63,695 nucleotides of DNA, taken from the NCBI GenBank assembly GCA_039794845.1, contig JAUQVK010000013.1, positions 380 through 64,074 on the forward strand. Reading direction: 5' to 3'. The notes beneath the pieces were generated by a model. That model was not told the DNA's origin, did no database searches, and saw nothing but the letters and a program-made list of their open reading frames with translations. Position 1 is the stretch's first letter. Each line of letters begins with the position of its first letter. The stretch is from Thermostichus sp. DRC_bins_24. Its GTDB lineage: Bacteria; Cyanobacteriota; Cyanobacteriia; Thermostichales; Thermostichaceae. Below are positions 29,054 through 39,947 of this stretch, one piece after another. The position numbers and the translations under genes were made by a program.

Positions 29054-30910
29054 CTATTGGGCTACTGCAGGCCTTTGGGGATCCACCACCTCAAAGGCCC
29101 ACAACCCCCGTTCAGCCGGGATCCGTTCCAGTTGCCCGGAAGGGAAGCGCTGCTGCAGGTCGGATCCCTGTTGATCCCAAACCCATTGGTTCATGAACAG
29201 GGTGAAGGGTGGTTCTAAAGTCTGGGTGGGCAACTCCTCTGGAGGAAACACGGTCACCGCTTGCTGCCGCCCCGCAAAAAATTGGATCCAGCTCTGCCAA
29301 AAGTAGGGTTCCCCCCAACTGAAATAGGGATAGGCAGCGCTGGCCGCCAGGTAAAACCGATAGTCGGGTTCCATTTTGCGAGCTTCCACATAGCGCCCCG
29401 TCCCGGCGACATCGTTGCCATTCTTCCAGCCCTTGTGTACAAAATCTGCAAAGATGCCCAGATTCAGTGCCCCGATGAGCAGGATCACCCCCACCCACAA
29501 AGCACCCGGCAACCAACCTCGCGCCTGGGATCCGGAGCGTTCCAGCACCCCCGTCAAGGCTCGCAAAATCACCTGGATCCCTTCCAAGGTTAGGTAGGCA
29601 ACAAAGGGCAGGATCACCAACAGGCGGGTATAGTTGGGGGCTTTGGTGATCACGAAGCTGAAGAGCAGGTAGAGAAACAGGAAGCTACTGAGGCAGAGCC
29701 AGTCGTGGGGTTGGCTGCGCCCCCTAGCAATCCGATAAAGGCCGGATCCCAGCCCCAACCAGATCAGAACCCCGGTCAAGGGATCCACAAAGGCATGGCC
29801 GTAGTTGGGGTAGATGTAGCCACGGTCGTGCTGGCTGCGGTCATTAAACATACTGAGACCGTTCAAGATGTTGCGTCGCACTGCTTCTCCTGGAGTTGCA
29901 GCATTCACCCACATTTGTTGCAGGGCTTGCCCTTCGGGATAAAAGAGAAACTGTTGGCGAGAATATTCAGCGCTCTCCGAAGGGGAGGTGACCGTCGCCA
30001 CCAAGATCGGCGCTGCCATGAGGAAAAAGCCCAACGCCGCCGGAAGGGTTAACTTGGCCAAGGCCCAAAGGGGATTAGCCTGCGGATCCCCACCTTTGAG
30101 ATCTTCTCGGCCCAAGAGCAGGTACATACCTCCAAACAGCAGCCCCAGCAGAATCACCACCCGTCCTGGCAAATAGCCGTATAAGGAAAAGCCCGCCGCC
30201 GCTCCCCCCAAGTACAGCAGCAGAGGGTTCTTCTCCCGCACCCCCTTCAACAGCAAGGCCAGGGCCGCACACTCCACCAAGACGATCAGGTTTTCCCGCA
30301 TCGCCATGCGACTGATCCCCAGCAGGGCATGGTTGGATCCCAGCAAAGCGGCCCCCGCCAGCGCCAAGGTCGGTCTGGAAAAGGCGCGAAAGAATCCGTA
30401 GGCCACCAGGATGGTGATCACCCCAAAGCTGGCATGCACCATGCGTACATGCGTTAGGGTCACTCCTCCCATTAGCCGCGTCAGCCCGCCGAAGAGGCTA
30501 AACATGAAGCGGGGAAAGTAAAAATAGTCCGGCATGAGGCCAAACACATCGGGAAAGGGCACCCCCGAGGCATTGCGAGACATGGAGGTGATCACGATCT
30601 CGTCGGTATTCACCTGGAAGGGGATGTTGGCGGAGTCGTAGAGGTAAATCGGGATAAAGACCAACGCCAACAGGCCCAGATGCAGCAGTTCCTGTCGCCA
30701 GCGCACCTGCGCGGGATCCCAAATCGGCTGCAGGGGGGGAAATTGAGCGATATACAGGCCCACCAGCAGCATCGCCAGCAGCCAAACGCCGATTTGCAAA
30801 ACTTGGTAACCAAATACCCCGTACCAAACCGTCAGGGCGATACCCAGGCCCAACCCGGCCCCCAGTAGGCTTAGGCGACGGGAGGCGATGACCGTATCCA
30901 AAACTGTCAT
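29054..30910 (-). CDS. Multi-TM glycosyltransferase (ArnT/PMT, GT39/83-like)
   Basis: NTDE motif after the N-terminal TM helices, many TM segments, soluble C-terminal tail. Confidence 0.7.
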   Translation of the reverse strand: MTVLDTVIASRRLSLLGAGLGLGIALTVWYGVFGYQVLQIGVWLLAMLLVGLYIAQFPPLQPIWDPAQVRWRQELLHLGLLALVFIPIYLYDSANIPFQVNTDEIVITSMSRNASGVPFPDVFGLMPDYFYFPRFMFSLFGGLTRLMGGVTLTHVRMVHASFGVITILVAYGFFRAFSRPTLALAGAALLGSNHALLGISRMAMRENLIVLVECAALALLLKGVREKNPLLLYLGGAAAGFSLYGYLPGRVVILLGLLFGGMYLLLGREDLKGGDPQANPLWALAKLTLPAALGFFLMAAPILVATVTSPSESAEYSRQQFLFYPEGQALQQMWVNAATPGEAVRRNILNGLSMFNDRSQHDRGYIYPNYGHAFVDPLTGVLIWLGLGSGLYRIARGRSQPHDWLCLSSFLFLYLLFSFVITKAPNYTRLLVILPFVAYLTLEGIQVILRALTGVLERSGSQARGWLPGALWVGVILLIGALNLGIFADFVHKGWKNGNDVAGTGRYVEARKMEPDYRFYLAASAAYPYFSWGEPYFWQSWIQFFAGRQQAVTVFPPEELPTQTLEPPFTLFMNQWVWDQQGSDLQQRFPSGQLERIPAERGLWAFEVVDPQRPAVAQ

Positions 30911-30989
30911 GGCAACACCGGGATCCCAGCAGGCATTTTTGCATCCTACCAAGGGTTTGCCGATGGGTTATGAACGGAATCCGCCGGGA

Positions 30990-31250
30990 TCAATAGCCGC
31001 GCATCGCCTCCGTTTCCAGCTCAAATTCTGGCTCGGCGAAGCTGGAGGGATCGTAAAGGAAGCGGTTGACATCGTCTTCGATGCGATAAATCTCAAAGGG
31101 CTCCAGCAGTCCGGCGGTGCGCAACGCCAACAGGTAGCCATCTACCAACAGGCGCAGTTCATCGGTGCGTTGATAGCCTCGCTGCCAAGTATCCACCAAA
31201 GCGTCGGTCAAAGCCTGGTAATGCCGGATCAATTTTGGGTCTTGCAACAT
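30990..31250 (-). CDS. Conserved cyanobacterial small protein
   Basis: MLQDPKLIRHYQALTDALVDTWQRGY...LVDGYLLALR...FLYDPSSF. Confidence 0.75.
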   Translation of the reverse strand: MLQDPKLIRHYQALTDALVDTWQRGYQRTDELRLLVDGYLLALRTAGLLEPFEIYRIEDDVNRFLYDPSSFAEPEFELETEAMRGY

Positions 31251-31345
31251 CGGTATTCCCTCGCCCCACCTGTTTCTATCTTAACGTTTGGTTTCGCTTT
31301 ATCAGCGGCGGTTGCGGATTGGATCCCCAGTTTCAAAGCCTTCTG

Positions 31346-31402
31346 TAGTCACTCCAAATCAGAACGATGCAGCTTTTGACTCCCCTCTCCCGCTCTGGGA
31401 GA
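31346..31402 (-). repeat. Dispersed repeat family B fragment
   Basis: Reverse complement aligns with 41317-41372 (GGGAGAGGGGAGTCA...ATCGTTCT...TGGAGTGACTA). Confidence 0.7.
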
Positions 31403-31457
31403 AGCACTAAGGCTAGTGCCATGCTGTGCGAAGGAGGAAAAGGGGCATGCAAACGAC

Positions 31458-33110
31458 TCAGACAAGGGGCAAGTGGATCCGTGAGGGAGTATCGCCGCCG
31501 CTGTGCAGGGTAATGGTGAGGATGCGAGCTTCGATCAGCCGTTCTTCCCGCACCGGGGATCCTGTACCGGTATTGACAGGGTAGGCGGGGAAGCAGGCGG
31601 CACTGAGGCTGAGGCGCAAGGCATGCCCCTGGGGAATGCGGATACAAGTGGGCTGGTAATCGAGGAGGATGGGGGGGGTGGGCCGGGGCAGGCTAGAGTC
31701 CGGCCCGTGGAGGTTCCGAATGCGGCGGTAACCCTGGGTAAAGTTGTACACTTGCCCATCGGGTTTGACTTGCGAGATCACCGCACACAGATCAAAGCTG
31801 GGGCTATCGGCTTCGGCGTACACCTCCAGGCTAATTTCCCCGACCAGCAACAATTCCGAATCTAGGGGTGGGGTGGTGTAGGTAAGAACATCCGTGCGGC
31901 AGTCGAGGGCAGAGCGTTCTTGCGGGCCGGGAGGATAGGCCAAATGTCCTCCCAAGGCGGGCACAGGTCGCCAGGGATCGTGGACAAAAGTATCCGCCTG
32001 GGGGTGAGCTGCAGGCTCGGTATTGAGCGTTCCTTCTGCTTCCGACATCGCGGCCAAGCCGGTGCTGTACAGATAAAAGGCTTTGGGTTCTGGGGCGGGC
32101 CAAGCCTCAAAACCTTTCCATTGGTTGGATCCCATCTCGAACAGTTGCACAGCGGGCTCATCCAGAATGCCGGTATCTTTGCCCTTGAGGAAATGGTCGA
32201 ACCAACGCACCTGCAAGCGATCGATGCAGTTGACCGCAGCAGGACCGAAATCCACAGCACCAACTTTGCGCCCCCAGGGAATGTGGGGCCAGGGGCCAAT
32301 GATCAGGTATTGAGGGTTACGGCTGCGGGCACTCATCTCTCGGTAGAGGCGCAGGTTCCCCGTTAGGTAGCTATCGAACCAGCCCGCGATGTGCAGCATG
32401 GGCAGATCCACCGCCTCTAGGTGGGGAGAGAGCTTCTGCCAATAGGAATCCGGCTCGGGGTGCTCCAACCAGTCGAAATAATAAGACTGAGGGGCGTACT
32501 GCTGCAGAACACCGGGCTTGACGGGGATTGGATCGTAAAGCGGCAAACTGCGGGAGGCTTTGAAAAGGGCTTGGTGAGCGTTGGCATCCCCCCTCAGGCG
32601 TGCTCCTTCGGTCTCCAACTGGAAGGCCCAGCCCAAATTGCCCTGAAATCGAAACGCTCCCCCCTGATAGGCGGCATCGGCGTAGAGATCGTAGGGCATC
32701 ATCGCCGGACAAAGGGTCTTCAGGGCTGCCGGACGGGTGGAGGCGGCATACAACTGCGTCATGCCCTGATAAGAAAAGCCGTACATACCCACAGAGCCGT
32801 TGCTGCCCGGCAAAGTGGCGGCCCAGTTGACGGTATCGAACCCATCCTCGGCTTCCGCCCGAAAGGGATAGAAGGATCCCTTCGAGGTCCCCCGCCCACG
32901 CACATCCTGAATGACGACGATGTATCCCTGAGCGGCGTACCAACTGGGGTGGGCGTACACCACGGTCGAGGCAATGGAACGCCCATAGGGCTGCCGCATC
33001 AACAGAACCGGGTAAGTTCCTTCCCCTTCAGGACGGTAAATATCGGCATCCAGTTGGATCCCGTCTCGAGTGAACATGGAGGCAGTTTCTCGGGGGCGAA
33101 CAGGCAGCAT
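31458..33110 (-). CDS. CocE/NonD family hydrolase
   Basis: QDVRGRG, GFSYQG nucleophile elbow, GWFD, GPWPH. Confidence 0.92.
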   Translation of the reverse strand: MLPVRPRETASMFTRDGIQLDADIYRPEGEGTYPVLLMRQPYGRSIASTVVYAHPSWYAAQGYIVVIQDVRGRGTSKGSFYPFRAEAEDGFDTVNWAATLPGSNGSVGMYGFSYQGMTQLYAASTRPAALKTLCPAMMPYDLYADAAYQGGAFRFQGNLGWAFQLETEGARLRGDANAHQALFKASRSLPLYDPIPVKPGVLQQYAPQSYYFDWLEHPEPDSYWQKLSPHLEAVDLPMLHIAGWFDSYLTGNLRLYREMSARSRNPQYLIIGPWPHIPWGRKVGAVDFGPAAVNCIDRLQVRWFDHFLKGKDTGILDEPAVQLFEMGSNQWKGFEAWPAPEPKAFYLYSTGLAAMSEAEGTLNTEPAAHPQADTFVHDPWRPVPALGGHLAYPPGPQERSALDCRTDVLTYTTPPLDSELLLVGEISLEVYAEADSPSFDLCAVISQVKPDGQVYNFTQGYRRIRNLHGPDSSLPRPTPPILLDYQPTCIRIPQGHALRLSLSAACFPAYPVNTGTGSPVREERLIEARILTITLHSGGDTPSRIHLPLV

Positions 33111-33285
33111 CGGTGTAAGTTTGGGAAAGAAAGGTTAATCGGAGCCAAGAGGTACCCCGAGGGATTTTCTCAGAGCACCCAATATCTTAGGACAGGTGTG
33201 GCGTGCAGCACTGATGCAATGTGTACGCCCCTTGTTTGGGCAACGGGGAGAAGATCAAGCAATGACTCTGCGAGGTCCAGAAACC

Positions 33286-33969
33286 ATGGCTGAGTTTTTT
33301 AGTTTTAAGAAATCCCAAGCGGAATCCCGCGGTTCTTTTGCTCGCCGGCCCCGATCCTGCCTCAAAATGGTTGGGCTTGGGGTGGGATCCCTCCTGGCGC
33401 TTTCCTTCCTGGCCCCGGCTTTTGCTCATCATGCCTTTGAGGGGGAAATCCCGCAGCGGTGGTGGCAGGGGTTGCTCTCAGGGTTGGCACACCCGGTGAT
33501 TGGGTTGGATCATCTGGCTTTTATCGTGGCCATCGGGCTGATTTCCGCCGGCCAGAACTGGCGCTACGGGATCCCGTTGGGGTTTGTACTGGCGGCTTTG
33601 GTGGGAACGGCGCTCCACATGGCCGGTATTGATCTATGGCTGACGGAATTGGGTATTGCCACTTCAGTCGTGCTCTTCGGGCTACTGCTGGTGCAAGCGT
33701 GGCAGGCGCAGGGGTGGGTGCTGCTGCTGTTTGGATCCCTGGCGGGGTTGTTCCATGGTTATGCCTATGCCGAGGCGATCATCGGGGCAGGAGCGATGCC
33801 TTTGCTGTCGTATCTGATCGGGTTCACCGCGATTCAGTATGGGATTGCTCTGGGGAGTTTGCGGTTGGCAGAGACGTTGGGATCCCGTTTTCCTAGGCTG
33901 AGAGGCTGGGTGGGTTGGGGCATTACGGTGATAGGATCTGTGTTTTTGACCTTGGCAGTGATGGGTTGA
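33286..33969 (+). CDS. HupE/UreJ family Ni/Co transporter (start uncertain)
   Basis: AFAHH, SGLAHPVIGLDH, GLFHGYAY. Confidence 0.88.
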   Translation: MAEFFSFKKSQAESRGSFARRPRSCLKMVGLGVGSLLALSFLAPAFAHHAFEGEIPQRWWQGLLSGLAHPVIGLDHLAFIVAIGLISAGQNWRYGIPLGFVLAALVGTALHMAGIDLWLTELGIATSVVLFGLLLVQAWQAQGWVLLLFGSLAGLFHGYAYAEAIIGAGAMPLLSYLIGFTAIQYGIALGSLRLAETLGSRFPRLRGWVGWGITVIGSVFLTLAVMG

Positions 33970-34054
33970 TCTGGTGCTCCGGTCACTTGCGCTCGGGATC
34001 CCGAATCCAGTACAAGGATAACGGTGAAGATCTGTAACAACGAGGGGAGGATCC

Positions 34055-34504
34055 ATGGAGCGCACCTTTATCGCCATCAAACCGGACGGTGTGCAGCGCG
34101 GGCTGGTGGGCACCATCATTCAACGCCTAGAAAGCCGGGGCTACCAATTGGTGGGTATGAAACTTTTGCAGGTGAGCCAAGAGCTGGCGGAAACCCATTA
34201 CGCTGAGCATAAAGAGCGGCCCTTCTTCCCCGGGTTGGTTAAGTTCATCACCTCTGGGCCAGTGGTGGCGATGGTCTGGGAGGGCAAAGGGGTGGTGGCC
34301 GCCGCCCGTAAGCTCATCGGTAAAACCAACCCCCTTGATTCAGAACCGGGCACGATTCGCGGCGACTTCGGCATCGACGTTGGGCGCAACATCATCCACG
34401 GCTCCGATGCTGTGGAAACTGCACAACGGGAGATCGCCCTCTGGTTTGACGAGTCCGAACTGGTGGGCTGGACAAGCACCGCCCAAAGCTGGCTCTACGA
34501 ATGA
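34055..34504 (+). CDS. ndk: Nucleoside diphosphate kinase
   Basis: [24 protein letters not shown]. Confidence 0.98.
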   Translation: MERTFIAIKPDGVQRGLVGTIIQRLESRGYQLVGMKLLQVSQELAETHYAEHKERPFFPGLVKFITSGPVVAMVWEGKGVVAAARKLIGKTNPLDSEPGTIRGDFGIDVGRNIIHGSDAVETAQREIALWFDESELVGWTSTAQSWLYE

Positions 34505-35087
34505 CCTCAAGCCTCTGTTCCTCGCTCACCCAGCGCAACAACTGCAAGCCACAGGGCTAAGTTCCGGTACCCCAATTGACAAGGGCAATGGTTAAAAATC
34601 GGGGCTGGCACAACGATCCACAAGTTCAAAAACAGCAGGGATCCGCCCCAAGCCACAACCCCGGTTCCGCTGGTTGAGTCTTGATTGTGCTATGGACACT
34701 CGGACAGGAACCGCGCGGTGCAAAGCATCACCATTGGTGGCAGGTGGCAGCACCGAGCCTAACCTGTTCGGATGGGATAGCTTCAATCCGAGACCTACTC
34801 ACGGATCCACATTTTTCGGGCACAACCAATGTTGAGGCTCGGATTAAGAGGGTTGGTTCCCAACCAATCGCCGCTGCAAACCCAGACGATTTCGGTAAGA
34901 TAGGGGCAAAGTCAGCAGCGCTTCTCTTCCTTCCTCCACCAGGCTTCTGTTTGCATATCCGGCTGCTGCTTCCATCTCCAGGGTACTCCCTTGGGAGCCG
35001 TTGGCCATTTTTCGTGGGTGAGGAGGAAAGTTGAAAGAATTGAAAGAATTGACTGAGGGGTCTGCACTGTCGTCAATCCTGCCCGGA

Positions 35088-36407
35088 ATGACGTCCGCGC
35101 CCGAAATCGCAGGGCCGGTGCTCTACGTAACCGGAAAGCAACCCTTGAGCGGCCACATTCCCATTGGTGGGGCAAAGAATTCGGCTTTGGCCCTTATGGC
35201 AGGAGCCATTTTGGCTCCGGAAGCCTGTCGGATTCACAATGTGCCGCGTCTGCTGGATATTGAACGGATGGGGCAGATCTTGGCCACCCTAGGGGTTAAA
35301 GTTTCCCATGTCGGCAATACCCTGGATTTGGATGCCAGTGCCCTCAGAACCTCCCAAGCCCCCTATGAATTGGTCAGCCAGTTGCGGGCCAGCTTTTTCA
35401 TTACAGGGCCCCTGTTGGCACGGTTAGGGGTGGCCAGAGTTCCCCTGCCCGGCGGCTGTGCAATTGGATCCCGTCCGGTAGATCTGCATGTACGTGGCCT
35501 GCAAGCCTTAGGAGCAACCGTCCAAATCGAACATGGGGTGGTTCATGCCTATGCCCGTAAGTTGGTGGGAACCCGCATTTATCTCGACTATCCCAGCGTC
35601 GGTGCCACTGAGACCCTGATGATGGCCGCTACCCTGGCGGAAGGGGAAACAGTGATCGAAAATGCGGCCCAAGAGCCGGAGGTGGCGGATTTGGCCCATT
35701 TTTGCCGGGCGATGGGAGCCCGCATTCGCGGGGTCGGTACCAATACCGTGGTGGTGGTGGGGGTGCCTCGTCTGCACGGCACAGAGTACACCGTTATTCC
35801 CGACCGCATCGAGGCCAGCACCTATCTGATCGCCGGAGCCATCACCCGTTCTCACCTCACGATTGGCCCCGTCATTCCTGATCATCTGCGGGCAGTGATT
35901 GCCAAATTGCAAGCGATGGGGTTGCGAGTGGAGGAAGAAGGCCCAAACCGACTGCGCATTGCTCCAGCCCAACTGGAATCCGGTTGGCTCTGCCAGGCGA
36001 CGGACATCCAAACTCTGCCCTATCCTGGCTTCCCAACCGATGTACAAGCACCGATCATGGCGTTGGCGGCCCTGGGCGAAGGCAGTTGCACCATTGAGGA
36101 AACGGTGTTCGAGAACCGTATGCACCACATCCCCGAGCTGAATCGCATGGGGGCGGATATTCGTCTGAAAAACCGTGTGGCCTTGATTCGGGGGGTTCCC
36201 TCGTTTTCAGCTGCCCCTGTGGTGGCTACCGATTTGCGGGCGGGGGCAGCCTTGGTGTTGGCTGGGTTGGCCGCCGAGGGCTCCTCCACCATCCACGGGC
36301 TCCACTACATCGATCGCGGCTACGAGGCCATTGATGAGAAGCTGCGCAGTGTCGGGGCGAAGGTGCATCGTGGGGAAAGCCCAGCACGGATCCCGGTTAC
36401 CGCTTGA
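35088..36407 (+). CDS. murA: UDP-N-acetylglucosamine 1-carboxyvinyltransferase
   Basis: [38 protein letters not shown]. Confidence 0.97.
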   Translation: MTSAPEIAGPVLYVTGKQPLSGHIPIGGAKNSALALMAGAILAPEACRIHNVPRLLDIERMGQILATLGVKVSHVGNTLDLDASALRTSQAPYELVSQLRASFFITGPLLARLGVARVPLPGGCAIGSRPVDLHVRGLQALGATVQIEHGVVHAYARKLVGTRIYLDYPSVGATETLMMAATLAEGETVIENAAQEPEVADLAHFCRAMGARIRGVGTNTVVVVGVPRLHGTEYTVIPDRIEASTYLIAGAITRSHLTIGPVIPDHLRAVIAKLQAMGLRVEEEGPNRLRIAPAQLESGWLCQATDIQTLPYPGFPTDVQAPIMALAALGEGSCTIEETVFENRMHHIPELNRMGADIRLKNRVALIRGVPSFSAAPVVATDLRAGAALVLAGLAAEGSSTIHGLHYIDRGYEAIDEKLRSVGAKVHRGESPARIPVTA

Positions 36408-36453
36408 GGGGACATCACCAGATTCTCGGTTGTGTTTGTGTTGATTAGCTGGT

Positions 36454-36643
36454 TACAACCCTTGCGTGGGTTTTCTACAGCAGGGATTGTCTTCCTTTGC
36501 TCGCTCCGCGAGGTGTGGAGCACCCTCCTTGGGGGGGATCTCAACTTCTACGGTTGTTACATGTGTTGTTACATGTGACTAGCGGTGCCCTATGGGCCGC
36601 CGTGGGCACGCCGGCGCGTTCGCCCATGGCGTGAAGGGCTGTA
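36454..36643 (+). mobile_element. MITE family A, full copy
   Basis: TA-CAACCCTT...AAGGGCTG-TA ends; internal duplication of GTTGTTACATGT. Confidence 0.8.
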
Positions 36644-36702
36644 AGCGGATTCGGGTAGTGCGTAAGGCGGATGGCTACTATGCTCAGCAGCTTTTCCGGG
36701 TT
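36643..36702 (+). pseudogene. Short IS200/IS605 TnpB-like fragment
   Basis: Reads KRIRVVRKADGYYAQQLFRV, resembling the KRVRxVRRADGYYxQF segment of cyanobacterial TnpB. Confidence 0.55.
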
Positions 36703-36785
36703 CAGACAATAATCCAAACAATGATCCAGCAGGATCCCCTGGTTCAGCGGATACTCCGACTGCCGAGGGATCCCCTGGAGAGGAG

Positions 36786-37271
36786 GTGAATCCTAATCCT
36801 GAAGAGGGATCCCCAAGGGGTGGCTCGGGCCGTACACCCACTCCCTCTGCCGCCGGTGAAGGAGAAGTGGATCCCAGTCCTGAGCCAACCGCGGGATCCG
36901 AGACACCCAATCCAGGATCCCCTCCTGAAGAGGTACCGGGAAGTCCAGGCTCCGATTTGCTCCCAGTGGATGAACTGGAGCGGTTGTTCCCGAATTTGCC
37001 GCCGGATCCGGGAGAGGAAGGCAAGCGCACCTTGGAGGGGATTGATGCGGATGGAGATGGCGTGCGCGATGATGTGCAGCGCTGGATTTACCGCAGGTAT
37101 CCAAATGAGGAGCGGAAGCGGAAGGGAATGTTGCGATATGCCAAGGCATTGCAAGCCAGCATTGTAAATGTGAACAGGGACAGTCGCGACGCAGATTTAA
37201 CAGTTGACGCCAAGTTCTCCGGACAAGTTGTTAGCGCAGCAGAATCGTCATGTACCGACCCAATTCGGTGA
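36786..37271 (+). pseudogene. Pro-rich fragment with a Ca-binding-like GIDADGDGVRDD motif, probably a truncated secreted protein
   Basis: LPPDPGEEGKRTLEGIDADGDGVRDDVQRWI; no signal peptide; lies between mobile-element remnants. Confidence 0.5.
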
Positions 37272-37322
37272 TTGAATAGCGAGAACAAATGGATGTTTCG
37301 TCGAAATATTCTTCGTCTCATT

Positions 37323-37356
37323 AGCCCTGTCGTAGAAAACCCGTCCAAGGGCTGTA
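37323..37356 (-). mobile_element. Isolated MITE family A end
   Basis: Reverse complement TACAGCCCTTGGACGGGTTTTCTACGACAGGGCT. Confidence 0.7.
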
Positions 37357-37551
37357 GTTACACGATTCACAAAATACTGACAGATCCCCTGAAGATGATT
37401 CCGGATTGTTTTGACCACATCATTCCAAGCAGACCCAGCAACTTATCCAGAGGTACCATCGCTTGCCACGGAACTCAGTGTTTCATTATACTGCCGCCAC
37501 CAAAATATCAGGAGAGATGATTTCTCATAAGTCTTTGAGACCTTTGATTTT

Positions 37552-37594
37552 GTGTCTGTAGATACGAAAGTTCTTAAGCATCAGACGATATGGT
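37552..37594 (+). promoter_or_regulatory. Putative NtcA-activated promoter
   Basis: GTG-TCTGTAGA-TAC, a 23-nt spacer, then TATGGT (TAN3T). Confidence 0.55.
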
Positions 37595-37642
37595 TTCCTT
37601 CGTCATATAGCGCCCTTAGAGTCACCTACGAGATAGTCAACC

Positions 37643-38878
37643 ATGCAGAGAAATTCTAAGTTCGTTCTTGCAAATGGAGTGCTTGCAGATGGTACTAGAG
37701 CTGATATATCCGTGGATCCCATTAGTGGGAAAATTGAATCTGTAGGCTCTGTCGAACTTTTCCCGGAAGATGAAAAAATAGATTGTACAGGGATGGTGAT
37801 TTTGCCCGCAGCGGCTGAGCCCCATGCCCATCTTGACAAAGCCTTATCCTCTCGTCTTGTGCCCGCCATGCCCGTAGATTTGGCTACAGCTGTGGCCGAT
37901 TGGCACCGCATCTGGCCCACCCTCACCCACGAAGATCTGGTGCAACGGGCTAGCGAATCGGTAGAAGCCATGGTGATGCGGGGAGTGACGGCGATTCGGA
38001 GTCATGTTGATATAGGAGCGGGGGTGGGGTTACGGGGGCTTAGGGCTCTTAAGGATGTGAAGGAGCAATACCGTGATCTGGTGGATTTGCAAATTGTCGG
38101 CTTGATTGCCCATCCGCTGGTGGGGGATGAAGGAGCGGAGCATCGTGCCCTTCTGGAGCAGGGTCTTGAAGAAGGCTTGATGGATGTGGTGGGGGGCAGT
38201 CCAGACTTGGCTCCGGATCCCGTAGAGACAACCCGGATTTCGGTAGCTGCCGCTGCGCGTAGTGGGTTGCCCTTGGATCTGCATACAGATCAAACAGTAG
38301 ACCCAGATTTTTTCTACTTGCCCGACCTGGTGCGTTTGGTGGGTGAGTACGGCGTCAAAAATGCTGTAGCCAGCCATTGCATCAGTTTGGCCATCCAACC
38401 CGAAGCAGTACAGGAAAAAGTGGCGGCTGAAATGGCAGCAGCGGGAATAGCAGTCACCACCATGCCGTTGACCAGCCTGTTTTACTTTGGCTGGGATCAA
38501 CCTGTTGCCCCTCCACGGGGAGTAACGGCCATCGCCAAGCTGGAAGCAGCCGGGGTGACCGTGGCGGCAGGAGCGGATAATGTCAGGGATCTGTTCTTTC
38601 CTTACGGACGGTTTGATCCGGTCGAGACGGCAACGGTACTGGGGATGGTGGCTCATTTCACCCCCGAGCATGTTTGGAATATGTGTTCTCATGCAGCCCG
38701 CAAGGTGATGGGTTTACCGGAGGTGACCTTGGCTCCTGGATCCCCGGCTGAGCTGTTGGCCATTCAGGGCAGAAATTTAACCGATGCCTTGGCGGAGGGT
38801 AGCGAGCAGCGGGTGGTGATTCACCGAGGGCGGGTGGTGGCCAATACCTCTGTCCAAAAACAGTTGATTCGGCACTGA
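37643..38878 (+). CDS. Cytosine-deaminase-like amidohydrolase
   Basis: EPHAHLDK, IRSHVD, DLHTDQ, ASHC, AGADNVRD. Confidence 0.88.
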   Translation: MQRNSKFVLANGVLADGTRADISVDPISGKIESVGSVELFPEDEKIDCTGMVILPAAAEPHAHLDKALSSRLVPAMPVDLATAVADWHRIWPTLTHEDLVQRASESVEAMVMRGVTAIRSHVDIGAGVGLRGLRALKDVKEQYRDLVDLQIVGLIAHPLVGDEGAEHRALLEQGLEEGLMDVVGGSPDLAPDPVETTRISVAAAARSGLPLDLHTDQTVDPDFFYLPDLVRLVGEYGVKNAVASHCISLAIQPEAVQEKVAAEMAAAGIAVTTMPLTSLFYFGWDQPVAPPRGVTAIAKLEAAGVTVAAGADNVRDLFFPYGRFDPVETATVLGMVAHFTPEHVWNMCSHAARKVMGLPEVTLAPGSPAELLAIQGRNLTDALAEGSEQRVVIHRGRVVANTSVQKQLIRH

Positions 38879-38978
38879 CCCTTGAGCAGGTCTTTGATCC
38901 CGAAAAAAAGCTGAATAAGTCTGTGTTGCTGAGGGATCCCCTTTAGGCTGAAGGGGATCACTGTGGGGGAGTGTATCC

Positions 38979-39803
38979 TTGGAAAGTTTTGTCCTGATTA
39001 AGCAAGTTCCCGATCAAAACGCCAAGGCGGGCATCAACAGCGACGGTACGATTGACCGGGCCAAGGCCAAGCGAATGTTGAACCCCTTCGATCGCTATGC
39101 CCTAGAAGCCGCTTTGCAAACCAAGCGGCAGCATGGGGCTAGGGTGACGGCGATAACCATGGGGCCTCCTCCTGCCATAGAGATTCTCTACGAAGCCATT
39201 GCCCATGGGGTGGATCGCGGCATTTTGATGACGGATCGCCGCCTGGCGGCTTCGGATACCCTGGCCACGGCCTATACCCTGGCACAAACGGTGCGCTATG
39301 CCGGAACCCCAGACTTGATCTTCTGCGGGTTACAGACCACCGATGGCGATACGGCCCAAGTGGGGCCCCAGCTGGCAGAACGACTCGGGATCCCTCAGGT
39401 TACCTATTGTGAAGCGTTCGAGATTCGGGATGGGATCCTCGTGGCACGGCGGGCGATTGAGGGGGGATCCCAGACGGTGACAGTACCCCTACCTGTCTTG
39501 ATTACGGTGGCCAATTCGGCGCAACGCCTGGCTTATCAAACCCTGCGGGGTGCCCAACGGGTACAACAGCTGATGCGGGATGAGGTGGCCCGGGCAGAGG
39601 TGATTCAGATCATCAACTTGGAGGATGTGGGGGCGGATCCGGAGCGCTGCGGGCTGAAGGGATCCCCCACCATTGTGGCTGCTACAGAAAAAGTGGGGGA
39701 AATCGGCGGCAATTGCCAGGTGTTCCAGGGGCAGGCGGTTTCAACCTTGGTCAAGCAGCTCACCGAGGCGGCTTCCATCTCCAGTTATATTGCGACTCGA
39801 TAG
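38979..39803 (+). CDS. fixA: Electron transfer flavoprotein beta subunit (FixA/EtfB)
   Basis: IKQVPD, NPFD, TMGPP, SDTLAT, GLQTTDGDTAQVGP; TTG start. Confidence 0.9.
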   Translation: MESFVLIKQVPDQNAKAGINSDGTIDRAKAKRMLNPFDRYALEAALQTKRQHGARVTAITMGPPPAIEILYEAIAHGVDRGILMTDRRLAASDTLATAYTLAQTVRYAGTPDLIFCGLQTTDGDTAQVGPQLAERLGIPQVTYCEAFEIRDGILVARRAIEGGSQTVTVPLPVLITVANSAQRLAYQTLRGAQRVQQLMRDEVARAEVIQIINLEDVGADPERCGLKGSPTIVAATEKVGEIGGNCQVFQGQAVSTLVKQLTEAASISSYIATR

Positions 39804-39826
39804 AGCAATAGTCGATAGAGCAATAG
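39797..39826. repeat. 15-bp tandem duplication TCGATAGAGCAATAG x2 over the fixA stop
   Basis: Directly visible. Confidence 0.8.
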
Positions 39827-39947
39827 TTGGATTGATCTCCTAATTACCCAGTTTTTCTAAGCGTGATTTTACAGTCATTTTTTCAGTTATTGCGCATCAA
39901 TTAAACCTCGAAATGACATATCCAAGGTTCATGGGAGTTGTGGTTTT

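Noticed and set aside
34505..35087. Long ndk-murA intergenic region with short ORFs
   Set aside because: No recognisable protein, RNA motif or repeat.
37238..37282. Faint resemblance to group II intron domain V (GAATCGTCATGTACCGACCC)
   Set aside because: Pairing and the catalytic triad are not convincing, and there is no RT or other intron domain nearby.
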